Shown here in pieces: positions 52,327 through 64,000 of a stretch of 64,000 bases of DNA. This DNA comes from Podarcis pityusensis (lineage: Eukaryota), in NCBI GenBank assembly GCA_964106645.2, contig OZ067038.1; one strand, 5' to 3'. A program made the translations under genes and the position numbers. Positions within the stretch are counted from its first letter, which is position 1. Every line of letters begins with the position of its first letter. Below the pieces are notes generated by a model, which had not been told where the DNA came from, made no database searches, and saw nothing but the letters and a program-made list of their open reading frames with translations.

Positions 52327-54616
52327 AAATTGAAGCATTAAGCTGTGGAAAATTAACAGCAGGAGGAAATGAAGGGAGGCAGGGAAAGAACTGAGGGTTT
52401 CTGTTGCAGTAGAAAGTCTGTCATCTGGATGCCAGTTCTCCTAATATATGAACAGCAGTTTCACCCAGTGAGAAACTATGGAGACAACAGGCCTGGAAAC
52501 AAGTTACTCAGAGACCATGTTTACCCACATAGATCTGGTGCCCAAACTTGGTAATCACACAGTGGCCAGAACTTGTAGAGCTTTTCTCTGTTGTTTGATG
52601 TGGGTGAGTGGGTGGGTGATCATCCCATCCACGCCTCCTTAGGAAACTCCTGCAAACACCCATAACAATAGTACTTGCCTTTTAAACAAACTTAATTTAT
52701 AAAGGTGCTCTCAGAAATAGCATGGAAAAAACCCATATCTGTGTACTGTAGAACCTGGTAAAAATGAGGCTGTTAGAAAATATAGGGGGGTTGTTGTTCA
52801 AAGAACATGATCACTTTGTGCTTACCACCACTCAACTGCATTTATGGTTTAATATGGCAAATACTTAAAACATTTGGATAAATCAGAGGGGGCCAGAAGA
52901 GGCTGCCCCTAACCACCCACACTGCTCTATTTACAAAGTTACGGGGAACACAAATTATCCAACACAGTGGGAGTTGCTGAGGGATTATGAGGCTTGTGGA
53001 TTTACTTAACATCTTCTACCCTTTGCCCCATAATGCAAGCATTGAGACCAATCTAAATATATCATAAAAGGAAAACGCCAACTATGAAATGCAGGGACAT
53101 CATGCATCTTTTGCCACGGTGAAGATGATGCCTTTCAGCAAGCAGTATTCTACTTGGTCACACACATAGAGTTTTAGGCAGATACCTCCCCTTCTCCAAA
53201 CGTACTGCTCAAATAAAATTAGCTTGTCTCAAATTGGGAACAATTGTTTGCTTTGTAGAATATCTGTATGGACTCCCTGTTCCAACTGCACACAGTATGT
53301 TATTCAACAATTAATCATCAAGGTGCTTTTTCTAGCTGAAGACGGATGTCTGAAGTTAGCTGTCTGTTGGGGGCTGGGGAAAACCAGGGAAGGGAAGAGT
53401 GCTCTTCTCCTTGCCTTACTCTTTAAGCATTTTGGAACAGATTGGCCAGAGAGGCATTTCCAAGGGCAGAGTCAATCACCTGGGCTACATTTGTAGCTCT
53501 CTGACATGAAATAAGATTTCCTATTTGGTTTATTCACATTGTTGCCAGCTTCCAGGAACTAAAGGTGTCAAAATAGCATGCTGCCTGTCACCTAAAAAGC
53601 TCCTTCAATTGCCATGGACTGGAGACAGATGCAGGGGAATTCTGCTATTTTCAGGAGGCTTTATATTATCAACAACTACCTAACAAGTAAAGTTACTGAT
53701 GATAATAGGTGAGGTTTTGCTTGGCAGCCTAAAAGGAAGCACTGGATTAAAAAAAAAATGAGGCCCAAGAGCTGGGGACAAACTCTGTCCTTTGTGTTAG
53801 AACAAAGAGTCTAAGCTTTGAATTAGGACTGGACAGGTTTTTCTTTTAAGTTCTCCAGGCACATTAGAAAGCATCAAGGCAGGAAAACACCCATGGAGAA
53901 TGAAAAAGAAAACCTCTTTTGTTCTTTTAGTACTAATAAGAATCAGCTTGGAGGAGACTTCTAAACAGAGCTACAGCTCTCAAATCTCATAGTACTTTAA
54001 AAATAAGAAAAGGTGATGTCAAAGGCAAAGCAATTCCAAAGTTTTTCTGGTACAGACAAGGCTTTTAGCCTAGTTGTGTACAGTGGTGCTGAGTGACCAA
54101 AATGCAAACATAAAATGTGCCACAAATGACATTCTCAAATGTTTTTAAACCCAAGACAGACTTATATTCAAGAGAAGTTTAAATGTGTTGTGAACACATT
54201 TAGCTCTTTAAAAGAAAAAAGGAAAAAGTATGTGCATCTGCAGGATACCAGTGAATACAATGTTGTGAAATGCTGCAGGCACTCTCTGGCTGCTCCTTTC
54301 CTTTCCTCTGCTCCTCCCACGCCTCCTGTTGGGAGAACTAGGGAAGAAGTTGCAACTGCAGGGTGCTTTCTCTCCCAGGAGGTACTTTAGTGGTGGTGGC
54401 ACAGCAGTAGTGGGCAGTCTAGGGAGCTGCTTCCTCCCATTCTACCTCTTCTTCCCCCTCCTGTTGCACCTGCAAAAGGAAGTGCCCTGAAGTTACAACC
54501 TCCTCCCATCCTAGGGAAACAACTGCAGGCTGCTTTGCTCCCCAACGTGGGGAATGGTGAGCAATGAGTCAACATTTGTAGCAGCAGATCAGTGATGATG
54601 TGATACAGACTCATAT

Positions 54617-54840
54617 ACTTGTTTGTTTCACTTTAAGTTATATATCCTGCCTTTCCTCCAAGGAGCTCAAGCAGCACACATGGTTCGCCATCTTTGCCTC
54701 ACAAAAAACCTGTGAGGTGAGGTGTGAGGTGTGCCTGTCCCCAAGGTCACCCAGTGAGCTTCATGGCTGAGTCGGGATTTGAACTCTGGACAACCAGTTC
54801 TAGTGTGACATTGTAACCTCAACACTATACCACATGGCTT
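54617..54840 (-). mobile_element. Old tRNA/CORE SINE (Squam3/MIR-like)
   Basis: CCCAAGGTCACCCAG CORE segment, GGATTTGAAC box B and CACTATACCA box A, all in reverse complement. Confidence 0.7.
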
Positions 54841-55709
54841 CTCACACATTCATGGCAATCTGAGCCTCTTTTAAATAAGTGCCGGTCTTGGCCTCTCAGT
54901 CTTGCAAAAAGTGCAGGACTTGTGTTATTACATCCAGAATCAAAAGCAGCTTTTTAAAAAAGCAACTGTACATATAAGCTGCTGAGGGGGGGTGGGGGCA
55001 GGGTACATTCAAACTGGTTATTATGTGTTCTGCAATGACAGAGTGTGATTGGTGAAATTTCTTCATTATATAGCTCTCGACTCAAAACCAAAATTAGAAT
55101 TTTGAGTCAGGAACCTGCTGCTTAATAGGACAGAACATACTGTCCTATTTCCCCCTAACTCTGCCAATGCAGTGAGGAGAGAGGAGAACCAAGGGTCTCA
55201 TTCCTTATTAGGCTTACTAAGTCACAATCCAGAGATCAGTGGACAACCTTTAAATTCCCTACTTCAGTCAGCAATGAGGCAGCTGTAGTTTCTATCACCT
55301 GTTCGTCCCCAAACCCAAGCAGCCATGTGGGGGCGCAGCCTGTTCTACAGCACACTTGTAGTCAGGCACTTAAAAGCAAAAGGAACTTTATATCCAGGTT
55401 ACTAAGTTTAAATTTCTGGTTTGAAACACTATTTATTTCCTTTTAAGAAACCACAAACAGAAGGTCAGGAGGACTTGCATACAAAATAAACAAATGCAAC
55501 ATTTAGAGTTAGTATACACACCACAAAGTTTGCAAAACTGCTTGGGCTCCTGCAAGGGACTTGGCTATGCCAGTAGAATTTCTGATTCTTCCCACATTGC
55601 TAACCTGATCTCCATGCCACACTGCAAACTTTTTTCAAGTCCCTTCAGTTGGGCCTTGCAAGTGGTCCCCGTAGGGCTTCCAGGAAGACTGTAAGCAGCT
55701 TTACCTATA

Positions 55710-55930
55710 CAGTGGTACCTCAGGTTAAGTACTTAATTCGTTCCGGAGGTCCGTTCTCAACCTGAAACTGTTCTTAACCTGAAGCACCATTTTAGCTAAT
55801 GGGGCCTCCTGCTGCCGCCGCGCCGCCGGAGCCCAATCTGTTCTTATCCTGAAGCACTATTTCTGGGTTAGCGGAGTCTGTAACCTGAAGCGTATGTAAC
55901 CTGAAGCGTATGTAACCCGAGGTACCACTG
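55710..55930 (+). mobile_element. Tigger/pogo-like MITE, family B, copy 2
   Basis: TIRs CAGTGGTACCTC...GAGGTACCACTG, TA at 55708-55709 and 55931-55932. CpGs are retained. Confidence 0.9.
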
Positions 55931-57210
55931 TACTCAACAGCAGGTTGGTCAAACTAAGGAGCAAGACCATTCTATAAAACCAGGTGGGATGTTATTTGTG
56001 TCTCAGACCACCTGATCTTGTTGGGCAGTATATCTTTGAGCCAGCTACAACCATGCTGCAGAGCAGCAGGATCTATGCCTGCAAGTTCCTCTGCTACAAA
56101 AGGCAACCCATTATTAGAAAAAACAAGAACCATAGTCAATAACCATTCAATAACAAATATGCATCAAGTCAGCTTTCTTAGGAAAGTGGATCCACTGTTC
56201 AAGAGTGAGCTTTAATGGAAACTTAACAGTACATAATATTAAGCACACAAGCAGTTAATATGGAGGCAGAGTAGCTGAATTATTAAGCATGGTTTTCTTT
56301 TCTGTTTGATGTACGACTATTTCCTGTAAAATAACCACAGACTGATAAGAACAGGGCTCATAGTTTGACAGCAAATAACATAAGAATAAAAACCAGAAGG
56401 TAATAGGAAAGGGTGGAGAGCAAGTCTACATCAAATGAATGGAGTCTGAAATCATTTTTTTTTGTTCAGTTACTATATCCACTTTAAGAGCTATTTAATT
56501 TTTTATAAGATGTTAGCACCCACATTCGCTACCCACATTCTGTTACTAGTACAACTACTACTATTTTTAATATATTTATTACATGTATATCTTGCCCTTC
56601 CTCACAAAGGAGCTCAGGGCAGCAAACAAGCAATAAAACAATAAAACATTGTTAGAACACTTTCAGTGCAGATGCAGACAGGGAAATATATCAACTTAAA
56701 AGGCTTGTTGATAAGCCTATTTATATTCATAAAATTAAACAGGAAGAATGAGAGTGCCCCAGTACACAAAAGTGTACTGAACAGAATGCCCAACATATTT
56801 ATCTCAAAAGCAACCAGCGGGATTTTGATTGGGGTTGCAGGGCAAGGAGCAGAAATCAACTCTGACCACCCCCTCAACTGACCTGATACAAACTACCCTC
56901 CAACACAGATATTATAGCTGCAAAGGGGGGGGGGCATATAGGTACCTGAATCAGATGTTGTATGAAGGGCATATCCATCTCCTTTCATCCACACCTGTCC
57001 ACCTACAGCAACTTGCAAACTTATGCCACTTGCAGACTGCTGCCATGTCACAGGTGAGATTCAATCTCATACAAGCAAATTCAGATTGAGCTACTGAAGT
57101 GGATTTGGCACTCTTGCACAACCACCTGCTATTTTTAAAAACTGGACTTTTTGCGGTAAGAAAAGCAATAGGAAAATGCACTCGGAAGTGTTACATAACA
57201 ATTGCTTGAT

Positions 57211-57904
57211 GTGGTGTTGTACAAATCCGCTCCGCTTCCAAGCAGGGCGGGGTTGGAGTCTGACCACATGGCTGCCTGCTGGTGTCAGGACATGAAGAAC
57301 ATCCCACGTCATCAGGGGGACCCGGCCACATCATTGCCTGGCCTCCAGTCCAGCTGGCCGGGTTGTGTGGCCGGCTGCATTTAATCACCGGCGCGAGCCA
57401 GGGAGCTTCCTCTGGCTCACATCCTTTCCATCTGGCAAATTGGCACTGGCCATTTGGTTTTCACCTACCACATAGCAATCATCACAACTTTGTAAGGTTT
57501 GGCGGTTAGGAATTGGTATGACTCTGTTGGGGGAGGGGAAGTGTGGCCATCACCTGCCCTTCCATGTTGAAGGGTATTCTGATAAAGGAGTCTGGGGGTG
57601 TGGATCTTGTCCGAAGTCCACGGAGGGGCTAGGGCCATGCCACGACCCCACTGAGAACCATGGGGGAGCTCGAGTCGATGCGCATCGGGGGTGCTCCCCC
57701 TATTGGTGGTTTACCCTTACAGGACTCCCTGCACGGCGGGCAGGAGTCAGATATAGTCTGTTCATTTGCCAGTGCCTAAGCCAATACCGTTCACATTCTG
57801 TAACCAATAAAGTTGTGGCCTAAATTTTGCCCAATAACCATCAACCTAATATACTGTGTACGTGTGTCATTATTCTTCAAGGGGAAGGCCTTGGGGTCTT
57901 GACA
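57211..57904 (+). mobile_element. Probable solo LTR (Gypsy/ERV type); left boundary uncertain
   Basis: GC/CpG-rich island with TATA-like CATTTAA (~57378), AATAAA at 57806-57811, and 3' end ...GTCTTGACA nearly complementary to TGTCAGGAC at 57283. No clean TSD. Confidence 0.55.
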
Positions 57905-58017
57905 CATAACTTCCTCACATACAAATCAGAACAAATGCTCAAACTGTGGTCATTGTATGACACACACATACACACATCAGAATAAATGCTCAGCAGATCA
58001 TATGGAAGTGACTCAGC

Positions 58018-58134
58018 TGGGATAGCTCAGTTGTAATCTCAGGGTCATGGGTTCGATTCCCGCGTTGGGCATAAGATTCCTGCAAGGGGTTGTACTACAT
58101 GACCCTCATGGCTCCTTCCAACTTAACTCTATGA
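58018..58134 (+). mobile_element. tRNA(Lys)-derived SINE with CR1 tail (Squam2-like), internally deleted
   Basis: GGATAGCTCAGTTG..TAATCTCAGGGTCATGGGTTCGATTCCC head plus CCTTCCAAC...CTATGA tail. Related to 8821-8952. Confidence 0.75.
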
Positions 58135-59974
58135 GGGCTAACTAGAGCACTCTGAGGCACAGCCCTCCTTTGCATCCAACACAAGGTAAAAGCAGAAGCA
58201 TATTTTATGTTCACCATTTGAAGAGGGAGACACAAGAAAGCAGACAACGTGTTATATAGGAAAGTCAAGGGGACAAGCTTACATGTTTCTATATGGATTT
58301 CAACTAATATAACAAAAAGATTCATGCGCCTTAAAGAATATCAAATTTATCACAGCATGAGTTTTTGTGGAATACGGTTCATTTCATCAGATACATGAAG
58401 TGATACATTTGGAACAGTAAACCCCCAAGAGGACCAATTTCTACTAGTTAACATGTAAAGGTCTTTGGTCCTTAATTGCGTTCTTCTCCCTCTTCCAAAA
58501 TATAAAGTTTTGCACACTTTTATCAACAGAAGTTGATTACATCACCTACATTGCTACTGCTACTGCTACGTCTGTCTCATTCAGTCAAACCAATGACTGA
58601 ATGCTTAATTATACAGTGTAGATCTGCAACTTTCAATGCACAATGAAGCAATACAGCCCAAGAGGAGGCTGTAGTAACCTGTGGCATACATGATCTTGTC
58701 TAGCTGCTTTCTCAATTTTAATTAAGATGATTTTAACTGTATTCTATTTTTGCAGTGACTGCTGCGTAGTTTTCATTATTGTTGTAAACTGCTTCAAGTG
58801 CCAAAAGCTCATAATTTTAAATAAACAAAAAATTTAATACAATTATCCACTGAAGAACATGGTAAGATTTCCCACCAGATAAGAAACTGTGAGGCTTTCC
58901 TCTTTCCATTTGAAACGTGCACAGCAGTTTTGCTATAAGTCATAAGCCCTAGTTTGCCCTTTCCCTTCCCTGTTCCCTTTTTTATGCTTATCCCACATCC
59001 GGTGACAGTATCAAATTACACACATTGATTCATGTGAATGCTAAGGAAAATAAGGAAAATAAAATGATCATTAGACCAACATGTTCTGTATCATAAGCCA
59101 AGCTATCCTGGGCTGCTCCCAGATGGGTGGCTCCTAGCGTGATTAAATCACAGTTCTTCCACTGAACTATCAGCAGATTTGCAGTGGATTTTCCACACTA
59201 ATAGACATATTGCACTTTTCATTTATGTTCATCCCACTATGATCAGTGGGCATGAAATAGCTACTGGGGATCAGAAAGGCCTCTAAGCAGTCATTGGGGG
59301 GGGGGCGGAATACAAATGATCCCTAAAAAAATAAATTATTGTCCTCATTTAAGCATGATTGCCCATTACTACCCAGGAAATGTCAAGAAACATGTTTAAA
59401 GTTTGTTTTGGACTGAAAGGGTAGATTTTATAGGTGAAAGAGCATATTTTTAAAATAGTGGCAAACCAGAAAGATTGTTTTCTCTCTATTTTTTAAATTG
59501 GCATTATATTATAACATTATATAACTACTGTAGAGCACTCTTATTTAAGAAGTATTTTACTAACAATTTAATACGTGAAAAAGAGATTTATCCAGGTAAG
59601 TGCTTGGGGTGTTATTTGAGAGAAAGATTAAACAATGTTATAAAATGATGCCTACCACTAAGGTTATAGTGTATGCATGCCAAGTTGTGGTATCTCAAAA
59701 CGCCCCCTCTTAAAGATGGAAGAGTAGCACTAAGGACATGTGTGGTGATTGAGAAGACTGGAAGAGCAGTCCATAGATGTCAGACTTTCTGTGATAATAA
59801 AAAAGATAGAAGCACTGGGAAAACATGGGGTGATTAGAAGTGGATGATGACACCATGTGGAGTCTCTGCAAACTGTGAGTGATAAAAGCAAGGCAATTCC
59901 ATACCGGATGAAATAATGTTTTCTATATTCCAATTACAAATTACTTATTAGAGGAATTTGAGACAGTGGTAGAC

Positions 59975-60263
59975 AGAAGAAGAAGAGGAGGAGGAGGAGG
60001 AGGAGGAGGAGGAGGAGGAGGAAGAGTTTGGATTTGATATCCCGCCTTTCACTCCCCTTCAGGAGTCTCAAAGCGGCTAACATTCTCCTTTCCCTTCCTC
60101 CCCCACAACAAACACTCTGTGAGGTGAAGGGGGCTGAGAGACTTCAGAGAAGTGTGACTAGCCCAAGGTCACCCAGCAGTTGCATGTGGAGGAGCAGAGA
60201 CGCGAACCCAGTTCACCAGATTACGAGTCTACCGCTCTTAACCACTACACCACACTGGCTCTC
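59975..60263 (-). mobile_element. tRNA/CORE SINE (Squam3-like) with expanded (CCT)n/(CTT)n tail
   Basis: Near-identical to 15949-16200. The tail appears as (GGA)n at ~59986-60021. Confidence 0.88.
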
Positions 60264-61224
60264 AACCAAAAACCAAATTTCATTGTGAAATATTCATTTT
60301 TTAAAAAAAGATTGTATTATCATCCGTTTTCTCCTGCTCCAGAATTCTGTGGTTAAACTTCACTTGCAGCAAAATCTTCATGCCTAAGCACTACCTCCAA
60401 AACTAAACCTAATTGAGACATACAAATAGAAACAGAATGCATGTGTATGTGACAAGTTTCAGATTCTTACAGCATATCATAAACATTTGATCCGAGTCCA
60501 AAGACAAAGGGGCATTCTTAAAAGACAAGAGGTGTCTATTTTAAGTGTGTTGATTAACACTAACTGTTGTAATATTGCGAGCTGTGAAAGAAAGGATGAA
60601 AAAAGCCAGACAAGGATTCAGATTCATGTTAACTACTATTCAAAGACAGTTAAAGGGGATAGTGTTCTTTGAGCATCATATTCAAATGGAAATGGTTACA
60701 TTTTCCAAGAAGGAAGGTATTTTTAGTATTTCACACAGTAGAGATTAAATTCATCTATTGTCTTGTGTTGTGAACTGTTGCCAAGAGGTGCGGTTTTTCA
60801 TTCCAAGGTGGGGTTAGATGGAGAAAAACAGTCATTTTAAAGCTGGATTTTATAAAAGTCATTTCACTACCCTATGACCACTTCTTCCTATTTTCCCCTC
60901 TTTCTCCCTTTCCACCCACATTAACCAGCATAGATTCTTATAGTAATGTTAATGGGACAACCACCAGAGCTCAGAAACTGTTTCAGCAGCCAAGTGAATC
61001 ATGCTGAAGTAATGTGGGTGGGAAAAATCCCATGCCCAATTTCTAAGGACACAGCCTTTTATGGTATTTTTAGAGGAGAAGCTGTTCAAGTATCTTGCAG
61101 CACTTTGCGGTTCAGTGTACCAGTGAAAGCAGAACAGACTTTTCAGGATGCACAGTGTTACTAAACAGCTTGTATGAGCCACAAGAACACAACACATTTC
61201 AATTACTTCTGTAAAGAAGCATAA

Positions 61225-61593
61225 AAGGTAAAGGTAAAGGTACCCCTGCCCGTACGGGCCAGTCTTGCCAGACTCTAGGGTTGTGCGCTCATCTCACTTA
61301 AGAGGCCGGGGGCCAGCGCTGTCCAGAGACACTTCTGGGTCACGTGGCCAGCGTGACGAAGCTGCTCTGGCGAGCCAGCACCAGCGCAGCACACGGAAAC
61401 ACCATTTACCTTCCCGCTATAAAGCGGTACCTATTTATCAACTTGCACTTAAGTGTGCTTTCGAACTGCTAGGTGGGCAGGAGCTGGGACCGAAAGACGG
61501 GAGCTCACCCCGCCGCGGGGATTCGAACCGCCGACCATGCGATCGGCAAGTCCTAGGCACTGAGGTTTTACCCACAGCGCCACCCGCGTCCCT
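61225..61593 (-). mobile_element. Full-length Sauria SINE (Squam1)
   Basis: Head GGGACGCGGGTGGCGCTGTGG, box B GGTTCGAATCC, (ACCTTT)n tail, perfect 15-bp TSD TGTAAAGAAGCATAA at 61210-61224 and 61594-61608. Confidence 0.93.
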
Positions 61594-62161
61594 TGTAAAG
61601 AAGCATAATGAACTGTAAATACTACAATATGTTTAATATAAAGAAAATTGCTCTAATGTTACTGTAAAATTAGCCCTGGCATCCCTGTGCTCAACACAGT
61701 GCACTAGAGTAAATGCCATGGAAATCAATGGGACATACACACTAATTCAAAACACATTTGAAAGCAAGTACAAGCTGAGTGCATTTTGAAATCTAATGAA
61801 AAAAGACAGTGGGATCACATACAAGCTCTAATAGAGCAAACACCAATGAAATTTAGACTTCAAACAAATCATTTCATTACACCCTTTCAAGTAACTATTT
61901 AGAGTGTAATACCCCATCTCCCACTGCTTTTCTTCCATGCTACTACTGACTGCATCTGGATTTTCCCTCCATCTCCTAGGAAGCAACCTTCTGTTAGAAA
62001 CAGCTTGGATTCTCCCTTGAAACATGCATTTGAAAAACAGACTAAAGGCAACACAGTGATAGTGGGCAGGAAGAGCACAAGGCATTCACGTATACACACT
62101 CAGATGCTTTTCTGTTTCTTATTTGCTCCTCCCAAAGTTGCTTTATAAGATGAAAAAGGTC

Positions 62162-62186
62162 TGTGTGTGTGTGTGTGTGTGTGTGT
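62162..62186. repeat. (TG)n microsatellite
   Basis: Seen directly. Confidence 0.95.
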
Positions 62187-62261
62187 CTTGAGAAACAATC
62201 AAACTTTAAATCTGCTTTCTCACGGATTTAAAGTGAACAAAAACAAAACGAAATTATTAGT

Positions 62262-63425
62262 GAAAAATATGGAACAGCGGGGAAAACAGGAGTTACAAGA
62301 TAAGACGGGTTTATCAATAGTAAAAAAAAAATCAAATATCTAGGAATTTGGGTCACTACAAAAAATATAAATTTGTTTAATGATGATTATGTGAAAGTAT
62401 GGAGGGAGATAAAAAACGTTTTAGAAATTTGGGGTAGATTAAATTTATCATTATGAGGAAGAATCTCGACCATTAAGACATGCGTGCTACCCAAAATGCT
62501 ATTTTTATTTCAGATGATTCCAACAATAGGTGGAACAAGTTGATTCAAGGAGTGGCAAAAAGAATTGGCAAAGTTTATATGGCAAGGCAATAAACCGAGA
62601 ATAAAGTATAAATTATTAACAGAGGTAAAGGATAGAGGAGGTTTCACATTACCAGATCTTAAATTATATTATAAGTCTGTATGCATTTGTTGGATGAAAG
62701 ATTGGATGATTTTGAAAAATACTAATATATTGGAGATGGAGGGCTGGGATAATAGATTCAGCTGGCACGAATATCTGGGGTATAATAAAGTAAAGGTACA
62801 CAGAGGCTTCCTCAATCATATAATGAGAAAGTTTGGAAAAGATATAAAAAATTACTAGAGCCAAAGACACCTTGGTGGCTATCACCCTTGGAGGTTATTG
62901 TGGTTAAAAAGAAAAACATGGACAGCAACTGGGCAACATAGAAAGACATATTAGAAGAGGAAAGTAATCAATTAAAAATTCTGAAGAACTCAAACAATTA
63001 GATTTGGATTGGCTACAATATTACCAATTAAAGGAAATATTCAAATTAGACAAAAAAATGTATTTGAGACACAGATATCAAAATTAGAAAAAAATAATAT
63101 TATTAATAAATAATAAGAAAATATTATCAAAAACATATAGATTATTATTATATTGGGAACTCAAAGATTAAGAAGTGAAGGAGGTAATGGTTAAATGGGC
63201 ACAAGATTTTGGATACCCAATCCTAATGGAAGATTTGGAGAGATTGTGGAAAATAGTTTTAAAATTTACAGCCTGTTATTTAATAAAAGAAAACTTCATG
63301 AAGATGATTAACCGGTGGTATATAACGCATGTAAATTGGCTAAAATATATAAAAACAACACGAACATATGTTGGAAATGCAAACAAAAAGAAGGAACCTT
63401 ATTCCATATGTGTTGGACCTGTCCC
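62262..63425 (+). mobile_element. 5'-truncated, decayed L1 ORF2 (RT C-terminus to CCHC zinc knuckle)
   Basis: IKYLGIW...GRISTIKTCVLPKMLFLFQ...KFIWQGNKPRIK...RGGFTLPDLKLYY and CWKCKQKEGTLFHMCWTC, with stops and frameshifts. A-rich sense strand. Confidence 0.88.
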
Positions 63426-64000
63426 CACCTCTTCATATAGTAATTTGGATTACTGTAATTCAAATAAGAACTTTAGTTGTAAACACATCAGAAGAACAAA
63501 CAACAGAATGCATGTACTTAATGCCAGATTATAGTATGTTGTATGATGTTTTATAGGGAATCAGAAAGAGAGCATAGGAATAGAAACATAAAGGAAAAAC
63601 ATATTTATCATTTGCATTCCTTTGATTTTGGATTAGAATAGATCCACATTATTTTAGAACAGAAAGCGAACTTGGCAGGAAGCTTTAAGCATTTCTCACT
63701 CAATCCAACACTAAAACATTAGCAGAAGTACCCAAGACATGTGTTCTAGACAGATCATAAAAATACAGCAAGCAGCTATCAGCAGTTCCCAATGGCTTTA
63801 TGAAAAAGCAATGTTTTTACCAACCTCCAGAGGTAGAGGAGGGAGGAAGCTAAATAATTTTTGCTACAAACATAGCTCCAGATGACCCTGGTGCTCAGAT
63901 ACAGAAAAAGGCATTCTCCAAGGTAAGGGTCTGAGTGATCAAGTACCAGCACTCTGAACTGGGTCCAGAAATGAATTGGCAGCCAATGACACTCACCTCA

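Noticed and set aside
46093-64000. Promoter or first exon of the TBC gene
   Set aside because: No non-repeat CpG island or convincing exon was found. The CpG-rich patches all lie in mobile elements, so the TSS may be beyond the window.

Overview
Vertebrate genomic DNA, almost certainly from a squamate and probably a lacertid lizard (Sauria, Squam2- and Squam3-type SINEs are present). It holds two convergent, tail-to-tail genes. (1) HRAS on + strand: coding exons 2-4 (2420-2598, 5387-5546, 6983-7102), an intron starting 5 nt after the stop, and a terminal 3'UTR exon from 10664 with an AGTAAA signal and a probable distal ATTAAA at 12413. Coding exon 1 lies upstream of the window. (2) A complete 13-coding-exon TBC/Rab-GAP gene on the - strand (44054 to 23030, 2754 nt, 917 aa). 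It is USP6NL/RN-tre-like with intact R- and Q-fingers, but at many positions it matches the primate TBC1D3/USP6 family rather than USP6NL. This suggests an ancient, catalytically intact progenitor of that family. The rest is introns and intergenic DNA containing TA- and 8-bp-TSD MITEs, SINEs, CR1/L2/L1 fragments, a probable solo LTR and microsatellites. Other notable items are a candidate IDX-like poison exon with RNA hairpins in HRAS, inverted MITEs flanking HRAS exon 2, a uORF-rich leader exon, and divergent CTCF-like motifs between the genes. All comparisons to human sequences and repeat families are from memory, not from alignments.
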